From a virus (Duplodnaviria > Caudoviricetes): 58,170 nucleotides of DNA. The notes below the pieces were generated by a model that made no database searches, had not been told where the DNA came from, and saw only the letters and a list, made by a program, of their open reading frames with translations. The stretch spans positions 1 to 58,170 of the IMG/VR virus record IMGVR_UViG_3300010393_000011; one strand, given 5' to 3'. The position numbers and the translations under genes are program-made. This document shows positions 19,405 through 29,425 of the stretch, in pieces; positions within the stretch are counted from its first letter, which is position 1, and every line of letters starts with the position of its first letter.

Positions 19405-20486
19405 TCATACGCTTCCTTTATTCTGTTCGGGTCCTTGGATGTGAGAGCCGAATTGATTATCTCCTCAAATTTCGGGCTCAAAATGTCATAGGAATAATGC
19501 AGCAGCTTCAGATAAGCTCCAATATGTCTGCTCCCGATTTCAGCTATTGGCATAACTCCGGATTTATCGAAGAGTAATTCTGAGCCTTGAAAGAAATTGA
19601 TGGTCCCGGGATCGATATCTATATATCCCAGCAGGGACAAATATATTTGATGGAGGCAGTGCCTTTTGAACAGCCGCTCCTGATTTTCTTTATATTTGAA
19701 TGGTTTTGCTGAACATCTTTTTTCATACCAGCCGTCCTCTCCAAAGGCGACCAGGCCGTTGCTCACGGGCGAGCTGGCAGCTATAGAGATGTCGACCTGG
19801 TTGTTATCGACATAGTCATCGTGCTTAAATCTTTTAAATATCAATCCGTTTTCTCGGAGACCCAGGCGGCCAGCTTCCCTCCGCTTCCAGAGAATAAGAT
19901 ATCTCTCCGGAGTATATCTGGTGGTGGAATGTATGCCCAAAAGGTCAAAATGAGATTTCATGCGGAGTATGAATGAATCATAATTCCGGAGATATTTGTC
20001 CGGCTGAGCCTGGAGGTCGGGGCACTGGATGTTTATGGGGCCCTCGGTCAGCACCAGGTCGCTTGAGAGGGCGGCCAATTTATTAATCCAGGCATTGCTC
20101 CCGATTTCCCTGTATAGATGATGCGGTCCGTTGCCTATAAATATTCTGTCGAAGCTGATAGAGTCATGAAAATCTCGGAAACTCACATTTTTGAAGTCAT
20201 AATTGCCGGGGTAGCACCGGGCCACCTTGCTGCATAAATCGATCGCCAGCCAGTCTGAATCTATCCCGGTTATCTGTTCGAAGTCCTTTCTGTGGGCGAA
20301 ACAAAAGTATCCTTTTGAGCAACCGATATCCAGGAACCTCTTACCCTTGAAAAAGGCGGGGAAATGTCTGCCCATTATACCTGTGCGTTCCGCCAACACC
20401 TCCGTGGCCCTGGGCTCCGGCTCGAGGCTGTAGGTATGAGTGGGCGGATAGCTCCGGTTTATATGTTCCTGCAGATCCAGCGTCAT
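19383..20486 (-). CDS. Class I SAM methyltransferase with an additional C-terminal domain
   Basis: FLDIGCSKGYF, ITGID; C-terminal half possibly kinase-like. Confidence 0.75.
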   Translation of the reverse strand: MTLDLQEHINRSYPPTHTYSLEPEPRATEVLAERTGIMGRHFPAFFKGKRFLDIGCSKGYFCFAHRKDFEQITGIDSDWLAIDLCSKVARCYPGNYDFKNVSFRDFHDSISFDRIFIGNGPHHLYREIGSNAWINKLAALSSDLVLTEGPINIQCPDLQAQPDKYLRNYDSFILRMKSHFDLLGIHSTTRYTPERYLILWKRREAGRLGLRENGLIFKRFKHDDYVDNNQVDISIAASSPVSNGLVAFGEDGWYEKRCSAKPFKYKENQERLFKRHCLHQIYLSLLGYIDIDPGTINFFQGSELLFDKSGVMPIAEIGSRHIGAYLKLLHYSYDILSPKFEEIINSALTSKDPNRIKEAYEWLRSRF

Positions 20487-21577
20487 TATAAAAAATTCCC
20501 ATGCATAATTTTTGATGACTCAATCAGTTTATTCATGTTCCTGTTTTTGTCGTTGAACTGACAGCGAGGACATTCCCTGGCATCAAAGGCCTCCAGGTAG
20601 TCCTTTCTTTTTTCGCCCCACCACAATTCACTGAAGCTCTGATCCTTTAAGGAGCCGATCAAGCCCCGCCGGGTATAAGCCAGTACACAGCAGCAGTATA
20701 GATTGAGGTCGGCACCTATGTACGGCACAAAATGCTGATGCGGACAGCGACTGTATTCAGGATGTCCCTGCACTAATTCGCCCATGCGATCCGAGAAATT
20801 ATTGATTACCTTGAATTCGCCAGTAGAAAGCCACTCGGCTTCTTTGCACAGGGCTGCAGCCTGGTAATGAAAGCCCACAAAATAAGCCGCATTCTCGGGC
20901 TGGAATACAGCGGACAGGCGTATATTATCGACGCCCAAAGATCTGGCCAGCTTCACTCCCGGGATGATTTCCTGCCAGTTGTCTTTATTGACGACATAGC
21001 CTATGCCGATTGTCAGATCTGAACCGCTTTTATCCCGCGCATCGACCAGGGCGCGGATATTTTCCAGGACCTCATGAAATGCCCTTTCGGGAGCTCTTCT
21101 CATTTGATGATATGATTCCGGAGAAGCGCAATCGAGCGAGATTCGGATCCAGGTGGAACCCAGGATTGCAGACCTTATCTCCTTATTCAATTTCCACCCA
21201 TTAGTGACCAAAGCGGTATCCAATTTAAGCTGATGAGCTCTGTTAATGAATTCAGCGCAATCCGGGTGAAGTGTCGGCTCTCCGCCTCCGGTAAATTGTA
21301 CTGCTTTGACTCCTGCGCTTTTCAATTCTTCCAGGATCCTGATCACCGTATCATAATTAATCATTCGATTGGGATTTCGAACGAGTTTGCCGCTGCCGTT
21401 GCGAATAGCAAAGAACTCGGTATATCCATCTATTCTATAAGCGCAAAAAGAACAATTCTGATTGCAGAGATCCGATATAATCAGGTGCGTGTGAATCGGG
21501 GCTGGCAATTTGCCATCCCGCAGTTCCAATAATCTGTCCATATGCAGAAGGGCTTTGTTGTACGAATAAGGATTCAA
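20486..21577 (-). CDS. Radical SAM/SPASM enzyme
   Basis: CNQNCSFC, FTGGGEPTLHP, LVTNG, RISLD, YCCC..IGSL..F.ELW, C..C. Confidence 0.9.
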   Translation of the reverse strand: MNPYSYNKALLHMDRLLELRDGKLPAPIHTHLIISDLCNQNCSFCAYRIDGYTEFFAIRNGSGKLVRNPNRMINYDTVIRILEELKSAGVKAVQFTGGGEPTLHPDCAEFINRAHQLKLDTALVTNGWKLNKEIRSAILGSTWIRISLDCASPESYHQMRRAPERAFHEVLENIRALVDARDKSGSDLTIGIGYVVNKDNWQEIIPGVKLARSLGVDNIRLSAVFQPENAAYFVGFHYQAAALCKEAEWLSTGEFKVINNFSDRMGELVQGHPEYSRCPHQHFVPYIGADLNLYCCCVLAYTRRGLIGSLKDQSFSELWWGEKRKDYLEAFDARECPRCQFNDKNRNMNKLIESSKIMHGNFL

Positions 21578-22269
21578 GTTCTGGCTCCTTTCATCCAGGC
21601 AGGAACAGGCTTTATTTCATGAGGGCGAGGTCTTCCGTGAAAACAGACAATCCTGCAATCATGCGGCAGCCTGCCGGCTTTTAGAACATGGACTTTGTAG
21701 CTGCAAATGCCGGAAAAAATATCCTGCGCCATTATGATCTCGGGATCCCCTCTGTTTTTCAACAGGTCGCGCAGCCATTCCTGGTCGCCCCTGAAACTGC
21801 GTCTCTTATTGTTCAGAAAAAGCGCCCTCGGGGTATGCTTGAAGTGGCCGTCTGAAGCGAATTCCCTGAAGGTTTCATAAATCCAGAGCAATGAGCCATT
21901 CCAACCCATGATTCCGGAGCATATATCCTTGCGATAAAAGCCCCGCAGCATCATCAGGGCATTATGTGACTCACTTATCCAGGAGCCCAGAGGATTAATG
22001 TCTCCGACTATCACGGTATCAAGGTCGAGGTATAGGGCCGGTCCCATCAGTGCAAACATCTCTATTTTTGACCACCATCCCGGCCAATCATAATGGAGGG
22101 GAACGATCTCATCCAGAACAAGACGACGAAGTTTATATGGATCTTCATCAGTCAGGCAGACGAATTTATGCGGGAGAGTCAAATGCTTCATAACGCCCAG
22201 CGCCAGCCTGCGGACATATTCGATGCTGTAATCACCACCGGTTCTATACACGCACACCACCTTGATCAT
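21574..22269 (-). CDS. GT-A fold DXD glycosyltransferase
   Basis: FVCLTD, GWWSKIEMF, LYLDLDTVI, GDQEW, IVCFHGRPRP. Confidence 0.8.
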   Translation of the reverse strand: MIKVVCVYRTGGDYSIEYVRRLALGVMKHLTLPHKFVCLTDEDPYKLRRLVLDEIVPLHYDWPGWWSKIEMFALMGPALYLDLDTVIVGDINPLGSWISESHNALMMLRGFYRKDICSGIMGWNGSLLWIYETFREFASDGHFKHTPRALFLNNKRRSFRGDQEWLRDLLKNRGDPEIIMAQDIFSGICSYKVHVLKAGRLPHDCRIVCFHGRPRPHEIKPVPAWMKGART

Positions 22270-22889
22270 ATGAGATCCTCCAAAGCCACCTTGGGAAAGA
22301 CATCGAGCGCGCTGTCAAGACAGGCATTGAAGCACTCAATGTTTTTCTGTTTAAGAGAATGGGCGATATCCGGAAATGGTCTCAAAAACCTCGGATATGG
22401 ATTCTTCCCTTTCGGGTTTGCAGGAGGATCATAATCATCATGATAATTATATCTGCCCTCCACCACTCTCATATCGAAGCCCAGAAGGATTATCCGCTTC
22501 ACTCCGAAATGATAGGCCAGGCCGATAGCGCAGGCTCCCGAGCTGAGATTCCAGGCCAGAATTGAGGGGGAGGTTGATAGTCCCCGAATCTTATTCTGCC
22601 TTTTGACCACCTTGATGCCGGGCTTATCCAGATGCTGTTCGCAGGTGGTGACCTTCAGGCCGGCAAAGCTCAGGAGCTGCTTGGCGTGCATGTTGTACCA
22701 TCGGCAGTCTCCAAAAAAAAGGCAGTCGATCCAGTCGGCCATCCGGTAGGCGTTATTAACGGCAATGATCCGTTTGCCACGCAACCGTTTGATATCGAAA
22801 CCGCGCAGGCTGGGACCGCCTCCTATGATAAAGCATTCCCCCTCCGGCCAGAGCCTGGGGACTGTCCAGTAACCCGAAGGGCCCTTCAT
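22266..22889 (-). CDS. DUF115/MptE/Maf-like transferase
   Basis: CFIIGGGPSL, IAVNNAY, SSG..AI.LA, KRIILLGFDM. Confidence 0.7.
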   Translation of the reverse strand: MKGPSGYWTVPRLWPEGECFIIGGGPSLRGFDIKRLRGKRIIAVNNAYRMADWIDCLFFGDCRWYNMHAKQLLSFAGLKVTTCEQHLDKPGIKVVKRQNKIRGLSTSPSILAWNLSSGACAIGLAYHFGVKRIILLGFDMRVVEGRYNYHDDYDPPANPKGKNPYPRFLRPFPDIAHSLKQKNIECFNACLDSALDVFPKVALEDLI

Positions 22890-23071
22890 TGCTGCCTCCT
22901 GTTTCGCCTTCTGGAATCGCGTGCCATCCCGTTTTTGATCTTGCGCTTTCTTTTCAATCTGTCCAGGAGACGCTGATTTTCCTCGTCCAGGTACTGGGAC
23001 CAGCGCCGGGAATTCGCCGCCTTAGCCACGCTTTTTTCCGCCCTTCTTCTTGGATGATTTGGATTTATCAT
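22886..23071 (-). CDS. Small basic hypothetical protein
   Basis: Fills the gap and overlaps the next start codon; true start uncertain. Confidence 0.35.
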   Translation of the reverse strand: MINPNHPRRRAEKSVAKAANSRRWSQYLDEENQRLLDRLKRKRKIKNGMARDSRRRNRRQQ

Positions 23072-23480
23072 TCGTCGCCGGTTCTTTTTCCGGCTCAGCC
23101 TCTGGTTCCGGTTCCACCTCAGTTTCGGTCACGGGCTCCGGCTCGTTTTCGGGCGGGGGAGTTTCCGCAAACGGGTCCTCAATCTTCTCGCCTGTCAAAT
23201 CTTCCGCTTCCGCCTTGCTGAGAGGCTGGTCATTTATTTTTTGACCACTGCCCTGATTGACCACATCATAAAGATCATCCTCCCGGCGCCAGGCTTTGAG
23301 CTTATAGTCAGGCTCAGGAGGAGGCGGTTCGGGATCGAGTCTTTCGAATTTGAACATCAGCCCCCGGCCTATCTCATAAGGCTCACATTCGATTTGATCC
23401 CCTGGCCGCACAACTGTCCATGCACCCTTCAGGCGCATCCTGTGCGTTCCTGTCTTTGGCTTCATTCTAAATAATGCCAT
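23022..23480 (-). CDS. Hypothetical protein with Pro/Glu/Thr-rich linker and Lys-rich tail
   Basis: RBS GAGG; directly downstream of the capsid gene. Confidence 0.65.
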   Translation of the reverse strand: MALFRMKPKTGTHRMRLKGAWTVVRPGDQIECEPYEIGRGLMFKFERLDPEPPPPEPDYKLKAWRREDDLYDVVNQGSGQKINDQPLSKAEAEDLTGEKIEDPFAETPPPENEPEPVTETEVEPEPEAEPEKEPATNDKSKSSKKKGGKKRG

Positions 23481-23535
23481 TCATTGCCTCGATTCTATTT
23501 TTGGGTTTAAAGGGTGTGGTTACCCTGTGGTTAAA

Positions 23536-24543
23536 TTAAGCTGATAAGAGAACGATGCCGCTGTTGCCATCCTTGTCTGACCGGATCTGCGGAACCATGA
23601 TGGCCATCACCTTGAAGTGAGTGATCATGCCGCCTTCGGTTTCCCACTCGACGGTTGTGGGCTGAAGCCCGATGACCATACGGACAGTCTCCGGAGTCAT
23701 CTCGACCATAACGACCTTATCGTCAGTCAGGTAATCGGCAACCCTTACATCGAGGATGCCATTGACCTGCTTGATACGGTCGCGGATGGTGACGTTGGGA
23801 TAGCTGGTGGAATAATCGTTGTCGAGCGCCGTCTCGTAGTTCGTGGGCACATAGAGCATCCAGGGCCCATAGTGCTTGGCATCGATAGAAGCCTGTTTCA
23901 TGGCCCGGACGTCGTCAAGGATATCTGAACCGGAAGTTCCGCTGGCATCCCACTCATCCTCGAGAGTCACGCTATTACTGCTGAAATCCGTGTATCCATA
24001 TATAGTGCCGCCCCCGAAGGTATAAGAGCTGGCGCCAGTGAAGAGGATCTCCTCGATCTTTTCGGAGACCTTGGTGGCTGCCATGGCCGCGGTCGCCGTA
24101 TCCAGCGGCATGCCCAGCTTGCGCGAGGCTTCCAGGGCCCGGATCGAGATCTGGAAGTCCTTGTGCACAATCGGCAAAGGCAGATAGCCGATGTCATAGG
24201 TTATGCGGTCGCCCGCTCCCCTGGTGGCCGCATCCATGTTCATCTGGGCCTCGGAGATGTCGGATTCCTTCTCATACTCGAGAACGGTTGTACCCAGACC
24301 GTTGCCCAGGTTATAGACCAGGCCCCGGCCGATCAGGTCCTGCACGCCGACCAAGCGCTGGCGCGAAATCTTTATTACCGTTTCGTCCAGCTCTTTCCAT
24401 TCGTCCTTGCGCAGGGTGTCGTTGGTCCGGAGGGCATTGGCTTTCATGCCGGTGGCCAGAAGCCGCTGGGCTACGTTTCCATAGACCTTTCCGCCCGGTA
24501 ATATCCCGTCAAGCCGCGCCGGAGATATGATTGATTTTCCCAT
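23536..24543 (-). CDS. Major capsid protein (HK97 fold, Linocin M18/encapsulin-like)
   Basis: L.KDEWKELD..V....RQRLVG..DL, PLPIVHKDF....R.L, YG.T; 335 aa; position. Confidence 0.85.
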   Translation of the reverse strand: MGKSIISPARLDGILPGGKVYGNVAQRLLATGMKANALRTNDTLRKDEWKELDETVIKISRQRLVGVQDLIGRGLVYNLGNGLGTTVLEYEKESDISEAQMNMDAATRGAGDRITYDIGYLPLPIVHKDFQISIRALEASRKLGMPLDTATAAMAATKVSEKIEEILFTGASSYTFGGGTIYGYTDFSSNSVTLEDEWDASGTSGSDILDDVRAMKQASIDAKHYGPWMLYVPTNYETALDNDYSTSYPNVTIRDRIKQVNGILDVRVADYLTDDKVVMVEMTPETVRMVIGLQPTTVEWETEGGMITHFKVMAIMVPQIRSDKDGNSGIVLLSA

Positions 24544-24607
24544 TATTTCCTCCTGTCAATCAGTTTGACATTTGATGTTTTCTTTCAATAACTGATGGTC
24601 GCCGATC

Positions 24608-25066
24608 CTATATCACCAGAATGCGGATACGCTGACTGGAAGGATCAGCTCCGGACGAGCCGGACATGTCAAGCGCCTCGAGGGCAATGCCGACTACCGA
24701 CTGCACGCCGATATCACCCGCCGAAGCGTCGGTGTCCACAACCCGGAGATAACCGTTTCCGTTGGATTCGAGCTTCGAGCCGATCGCAGCGTTCTCTCCG
24801 TCTGCCAGAAGAGCATAGGCCTCTTCGCCGGGTCGGAATATGGCCGCCAGCACCTCATTGCTGGTCGAATAGGCGTCGGATATCTCCTTGCCCTGGTTCT
24901 CATCTTCAAGCGCGAAGATGGTTGCAGCCGATCCCCCCGCGGTTGAATGGGCCTGGAACTTATCAGCTGAAGTCAGCTCGATAAGAAAGCCTGGCGTGAT
25001 TGCCGCGGCTGCAGCCCGTTCAATGCGTACTGGATCGCCTTTGATAGTGATTGTATTGTAACTCAT
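24608..25066 (-). CDS. Capsid decoration/cement protein
   Basis: A...ITPG.L, G..L.S.G.G.L, V..ALEA; between protease and capsid genes. Confidence 0.7.
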   Translation of the reverse strand: MSYNTITIKGDPVRIERAAAAAITPGFLIELTSADKFQAHSTAGGSAATIFALEDENQGKEISDAYSTSNEVLAAIFRPGEEAYALLADGENAAIGSKLESNGNGYLRVVDTDASAGDIGVQSVVGIALEALDMSGSSGADPSSQRIRILVI

Positions 25067-25126
25067 TACTTATCCTCCAATTATAGATTCCAGGATTTCA
25101 ACAGACTCTTCTCAAACAGGCTGCCC

Positions 25127-27046
25127 TCAGGCAGATTTTTCCGAAAGATCAAAGACCGGCGGCATGTCCGGAATCGAGTCGGTATCTTCATTGACTCCAG
25201 GCCCGCCGCCCTGCAGTGAATAATTGACCTCGATCCTCCCCAGCTCGGTGAGGTTCTCGAGGTCCTCGATCTCCATGGCGCGGAGCTGCTTTTCCGAGAA
25301 TTTATTGCGCTCATTGGCCAGGAGAGCCGTGACCAGATCGTTCTTGCGGGCCTGGTCATTAGCGACTGCCCGACGCAGCGTGCCGCGAATTTCAGCCGGG
25401 GCATTGGTAATGAATTCCTCCAATGTCACCTGCCTGGCGTTACCGGTCGGCTTTTCCTCGGGCTTCGGCTCTGCCGGGGGTGTCTCCTCTGCCGGTTTAG
25501 TTTCAGGCTCCGCCGGCGGTGTCTCGCCTTCTTTCTGGCCTTCCTTTTCCTCCGGCTTCTCGGTTGGCTGCTCCTCTTCGTTAATGGCCACCTTGGCAAG
25601 CTGGTCCTCCGACAGGCTCTTAAGCCACTGCTCGTCCTTCTCAGTCAGGCCGTTGCATTCGCAGGCTATAAGCGCCTTGATCAGTTCATCCTTTTTCTTC
25701 ATCTCCATTTCCTCCTGATTGGGAGTTTGTGTATTAGCCGCCGGTGCGTTTGACACCGGGACATACTTTCTTTCCTCTCTCACTTCCTGTGCATCTTCCG
25801 CCAGGCTGACCTTGCCCTGGTCGTCAACCAAGTAGCCCCGGCTATAGAGCTTGGCAACATGCGCTTCGCCAATCTCATTGGGATTGTTGCCGCGGGCCTC
25901 GTAGATCACAAAATCATCATAGACTTCCCTGACGAAATGGATCCAGCCCTCATTGTCGAGCGCATCGACAGCTGTCTGCAGCTGCGAACGCAGGTCCTCA
26001 TGGCTGGCTTCCTGAACCGTAAGGCCGATGTTGGCCGCTAACTTGCGGAAGAATGCTTTCACGGGTTCGAGAGCATCTTTCTTGTTCATAGATGCCTCCA
26101 CTTCAAGTTCTGCATCGAAATATCTATTTAAAAGACGGCGGGCCTTGTTCTGAGCGGAACGCTTGGCCGCCGCCGGTATCTGTGCCTGGGATCCTCGCCC
26201 GCCGATCACAGCGCGCAGAGCTCCCTCGTTGAGCTTGCCGGTCCCGGGATTAACCACCGGGAAAAAAATCAGGTCGCGTTCGTTGTCGGCTGAGCCTTCA
26301 CCCAGCAGGGTCTTGGAAGCGATCCAGTTCTTCAGGGGAGCGGGCGCATCCTGAACCCGGGAGGGAACCTCGTCCGGTGGGCCCCCATGGCTGCGGTAAT
26401 AGGCGTCACGGTAAGCAGAGAATGAGGTGGTCACATTGGCCCAGGAAGTTGTCTCGGTACCACCAAACGAAGGTGTTCTGGCCGAGCTGCGGACATTGGC
26501 CCGGATCCCGCAACCGTCGGCCCAGGAGCAGGCCCCTTCGGCTCCGGGCAAAAGGGCCAGGTGATCAGGGCGGTAATTTACAACCGTGGCAATATATTCC
26601 TCGCCGTTCCAGCTCCCCGGGATGCCGTCGTCGTCTGTGAATAGAGCCGAGGAAACCTCCAGATTTCCGCCCGATTCAATCGCCTCCAGCACCTGTGAAG
26701 CGATCTTTTTGGATTTGCCAATCTCTATCCAGACCTCGCCTACCAGGCCGTTTTTAGCCGAATCATAGCGCACATTGAAAAGCCGGCCAACAGAGCGCTC
26801 CTCAATCAACCTGGGGGTGTTGGCGGATACATTCTTCCCGCTTTCCTCCGGATGGAATACAGGCAGGGGCACGCCGTTCCATGAGTCGGGGTATTTTGCC
26901 AGTTCCTCGGCGGGATAGAAAAGCTCATTGTGCACGCCTTCAACCAAAAGCACGACCGGCGCCACCAGATGTTCCCTGCCCTCGAAGAGCTCGTGCCTGA
27001 TCGGCAGTCCCGGCTGAAGCGTGATTATATTTTTCTGTAAACTCAT
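25127..27046 (-). CDS. DUF2213-like prohead protease/scaffold
   Basis: WNG.P....HP, EVS, PDHLALLP...GACS..DGCG; acidic C-terminal scaffold. Confidence 0.8.
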   Translation of the reverse strand: MSLQKNIITLQPGLPIRHELFEGREHLVAPVVLLVEGVHNELFYPAEELAKYPDSWNGVPLPVFHPEESGKNVSANTPRLIEERSVGRLFNVRYDSAKNGLVGEVWIEIGKSKKIASQVLEAIESGGNLEVSSALFTDDDGIPGSWNGEEYIATVVNYRPDHLALLPGAEGACSWADGCGIRANVRSSARTPSFGGTETTSWANVTTSFSAYRDAYYRSHGGPPDEVPSRVQDAPAPLKNWIASKTLLGEGSADNERDLIFFPVVNPGTGKLNEGALRAVIGGRGSQAQIPAAAKRSAQNKARRLLNRYFDAELEVEASMNKKDALEPVKAFFRKLAANIGLTVQEASHEDLRSQLQTAVDALDNEGWIHFVREVYDDFVIYEARGNNPNEIGEAHVAKLYSRGYLVDDQGKVSLAEDAQEVREERKYVPVSNAPAANTQTPNQEEMEMKKKDELIKALIACECNGLTEKDEQWLKSLSEDQLAKVAINEEEQPTEKPEEKEGQKEGETPPAEPETKPAEETPPAEPKPEEKPTGNARQVTLEEFITNAPAEIRGTLRRAVANDQARKNDLVTALLANERNKFSEKQLRAMEIEDLENLTELGRIEVNYSLQGGGPGVNEDTDSIPDMPPVFDLSEKSA

Positions 27047-27058
27047 ATGCTACCTCCG

Positions 27059-28021
27059 TTATTTCCTGGTCTTGCCTGCATCTACCGGCGCATGGGCACA
27101 AACACAGTTGGGATGCGCCGGCAGCTGTCCCATGGCCTGGGTAGTGGTATATGGGCCGCCCGCCTCCAGATCGACGCAGATCGGGCAGGGATTCGGGCCT
27201 AAAACGACATCAAGCATCACTGGCTCCCCGAGCTCCTGCTCGGCCTGGATATATTCGGCCATCTGAGCCTCATGGTGCGCGTTCAAAACTTCGGTCCTGG
27301 CGATGGTGCGGGCCCGGACCTTGCCGATTTTGTCAACCCGATCGGCGGTGTTCTTATATAGCTCCCTGGCGATCGTTAAAGGACTTTTGCCCTCCGCTAA
27401 ACCTCTGGCCAGACCAGTAGTCAGACCGTCGGAGATCCGCCGCCGGATTTCGGCATTCATGAATTGAGTGACAGACTTCAGATCCTCGTAAGTGCGGGAA
27501 TATATGACACCGATCCTGTCAGCGTGAAAACGCCTTCCCATCACGGCCTGTATGCCGCCTGGAACCTCATCAAACAGGGACAGCTGGTATCCCGCAGCCC
27601 TGAGACGCGAGCGGCCGTTGCGCAGCCCTCTCTGATACGCGGAATCAATATAAACGTCCGTCCAGGCTTCCTCGATGCCGATATGTACACCAGGTCGCCT
27701 GCTGACATGAAGAATGCCCTGGCGTTCCTGCTCCTCCAACCAGGCCATAAAGGCCTGCACCTTATCGGCGGAACGTTCAAACGCAAATTCCTTATACCTG
27801 GCTGGAGACAGCCTCCTGAGCGCATTCGGCTGGATATCAAAACAGTCTCTATCGACAATCGATATGCGGATATCCCGCTTGAGCTCATTGAGGCGCTTAT
27901 TGATCTCCCGGATGAAGCGCAGCCTGATCATGGTTGTCCGGGAGGGGTCCACCCGGGAGCTGGCATTCAAGCGCAGCCGGCCAGAAGGTGGCCTGTGGCA
28001 GGTATGTATATCGACGCTCAT
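27059..28021 (-). CDS. MuF/SPP1 gp7-like head morphogenesis protein
   Basis: RARTIARTE, CPIC, P.HPNC.C. Confidence 0.85.
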   Translation of the reverse strand: MSVDIHTCHRPPSGRLRLNASSRVDPSRTTMIRLRFIREINKRLNELKRDIRISIVDRDCFDIQPNALRRLSPARYKEFAFERSADKVQAFMAWLEEQERQGILHVSRRPGVHIGIEEAWTDVYIDSAYQRGLRNGRSRLRAAGYQLSLFDEVPGGIQAVMGRRFHADRIGVIYSRTYEDLKSVTQFMNAEIRRRISDGLTTGLARGLAEGKSPLTIARELYKNTADRVDKIGKVRARTIARTEVLNAHHEAQMAEYIQAEQELGEPVMLDVVLGPNPCPICVDLEAGGPYTTTQAMGQLPAHPNCVCAHAPVDAGKTRK

Positions 28022-29424
28022 ATGTCCTCCACTCCCGTCACTTCGATTTCAGGCTCCAGCTCGGGTTCTGACTCCTGCAGTTCCCTGTCTATGCTCTCCA
28101 GAATCATCTGGATCTGGTCGATTTCCTCTTTGCTGAATCCCATCACTTTCTCATAGAAGATTTCAGGCGGCAGGATTGAGTCCGCGCCGCTTTCCATATA
28201 ATCCTTGACTGCCTTTGATCTCGAGGCACCGACCTCAGCAACCTCCTTGTCGCTCGGTGTCATAAGGTCAGGCCACTCCACCGAATAACCTTCCGAAGGT
28301 TCCGGAAGAATCTGAGCTTTTATGAGTCGATCTATCAAGGGCCTTAGAATCGTTGGCTCGCAATGCTGCTTTCTGCGAGAATCAACAGTGTCCATCCAGT
28401 TCTTCTCATCCTGGGAAGATGCCAGTTCGCCCCGCTCCGAACCCAGCAGTATGCGTTTGGGAATACCGGTGGCGCAGGAGATCAGATCAATTATGATATT
28501 TGCATGGCCGGTTGGGTCGGCAACCTGCATGGCCAGGTCCTCCACGCTCATGCCACGCAGACGGATATATCTTTTAAGTCCATGCATATATTCCTCAATC
28601 TCATCCTGCAGGTCCTCGAGGTCCTGCGGACCGATGGTGTGACCTTCGTCGACCTTGAATCCATATCCTGGAAATGCCCCGCGCCAGAACATCTCAGCCG
28701 ATCCCCCTACTATAAGCTCCAAATCCTGCAAGCGATTCAGTACGCATCTCAACCTGGGAGTCCCTTCGACATTATCCTCCAGAAGATCCTCGGCCACATG
28801 TATCACCCGCGAGTGATGAACCTTGACGCTGCGGCTGGAGCTGCCGGTTCCGATCCTGACGTTGATGCTGTATTCTTTGGGCAGTCCGAATCGTTCGCTG
28901 TTCGTATCTGTCTCATAGGCTGAAATCGATGCATTCTGAGACGTGTATGGGGTCAAATATAAGAGCCGCTTGGCTGAGCTGAGCTCCTGATCAAATTCGA
29001 GGCCGTCATCTGCTCCAATCAAGAGGACAGCGTAGGTTCCAATAGAGGCCAGTTTATCCACGCGGATCAGTTTGTGATAGATATGCCGCGATTCTACCAG
29101 CTCCACCCATTTCTTCTCGAACTCGGTTTCCTCTTCATCAGATTCCGTAATTGTGGGCGGCATCCTCCAACAGTGTTCGACCGGCTTATTTATGACCGCC
29201 TTGGCAATGTCCTGCCTGTGATATCGCGCCATGTAGTCATTGAAACTCGGGGATTTGGTGTATCCCAGGGCCGCATAGATATCGCGGTCGTCAGAAAAAG
29301 ATTTTCCGAGACGATTGGCGATCGAGGCCCTGACGGCGATGGCCGATAATGCCCGCAGGTAATCATCAGCCTGGTTAGCAGTCAGTTTTTTCTCGGGTGC
29401 GGCTTTCTTCTTTCTTGCCGGCAT
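28018..29424 (-). CDS. Portal protein (DUF1073-like)
   Basis: VHHSRVIH, GG.AE.FW, TGIPKRILLGSERGELASSQD, W.DL; follows the terminase. Confidence 0.85.
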   Translation of the reverse strand: MPARKKKAAPEKKLTANQADDYLRALSAIAVRASIANRLGKSFSDDRDIYAALGYTKSPSFNDYMARYHRQDIAKAVINKPVEHCWRMPPTITESDEEETEFEKKWVELVESRHIYHKLIRVDKLASIGTYAVLLIGADDGLEFDQELSSAKRLLYLTPYTSQNASISAYETDTNSERFGLPKEYSINVRIGTGSSSRSVKVHHSRVIHVAEDLLEDNVEGTPRLRCVLNRLQDLELIVGGSAEMFWRGAFPGYGFKVDEGHTIGPQDLEDLQDEIEEYMHGLKRYIRLRGMSVEDLAMQVADPTGHANIIIDLISCATGIPKRILLGSERGELASSQDEKNWMDTVDSRRKQHCEPTILRPLIDRLIKAQILPEPSEGYSVEWPDLMTPSDKEVAEVGASRSKAVKDYMESGADSILPPEIFYEKVMGFSKEEIDQIQMILESIDRELQESEPELEPEIEVTGVEDI

Positions 29425-29425
29425 G

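Noticed and set aside
23536-24543. Encapsulin/bacteriocin call for the Linocin-like protein
   Set aside because: Context (portal, protease, decoration) shows it is the phage major capsid protein
28018-29424. Anti-CBASS Acb1 label sometimes attached to DUF1073 proteins
   Set aside because: Size and position fit a portal; no paired HxT phosphoesterase motifs seen
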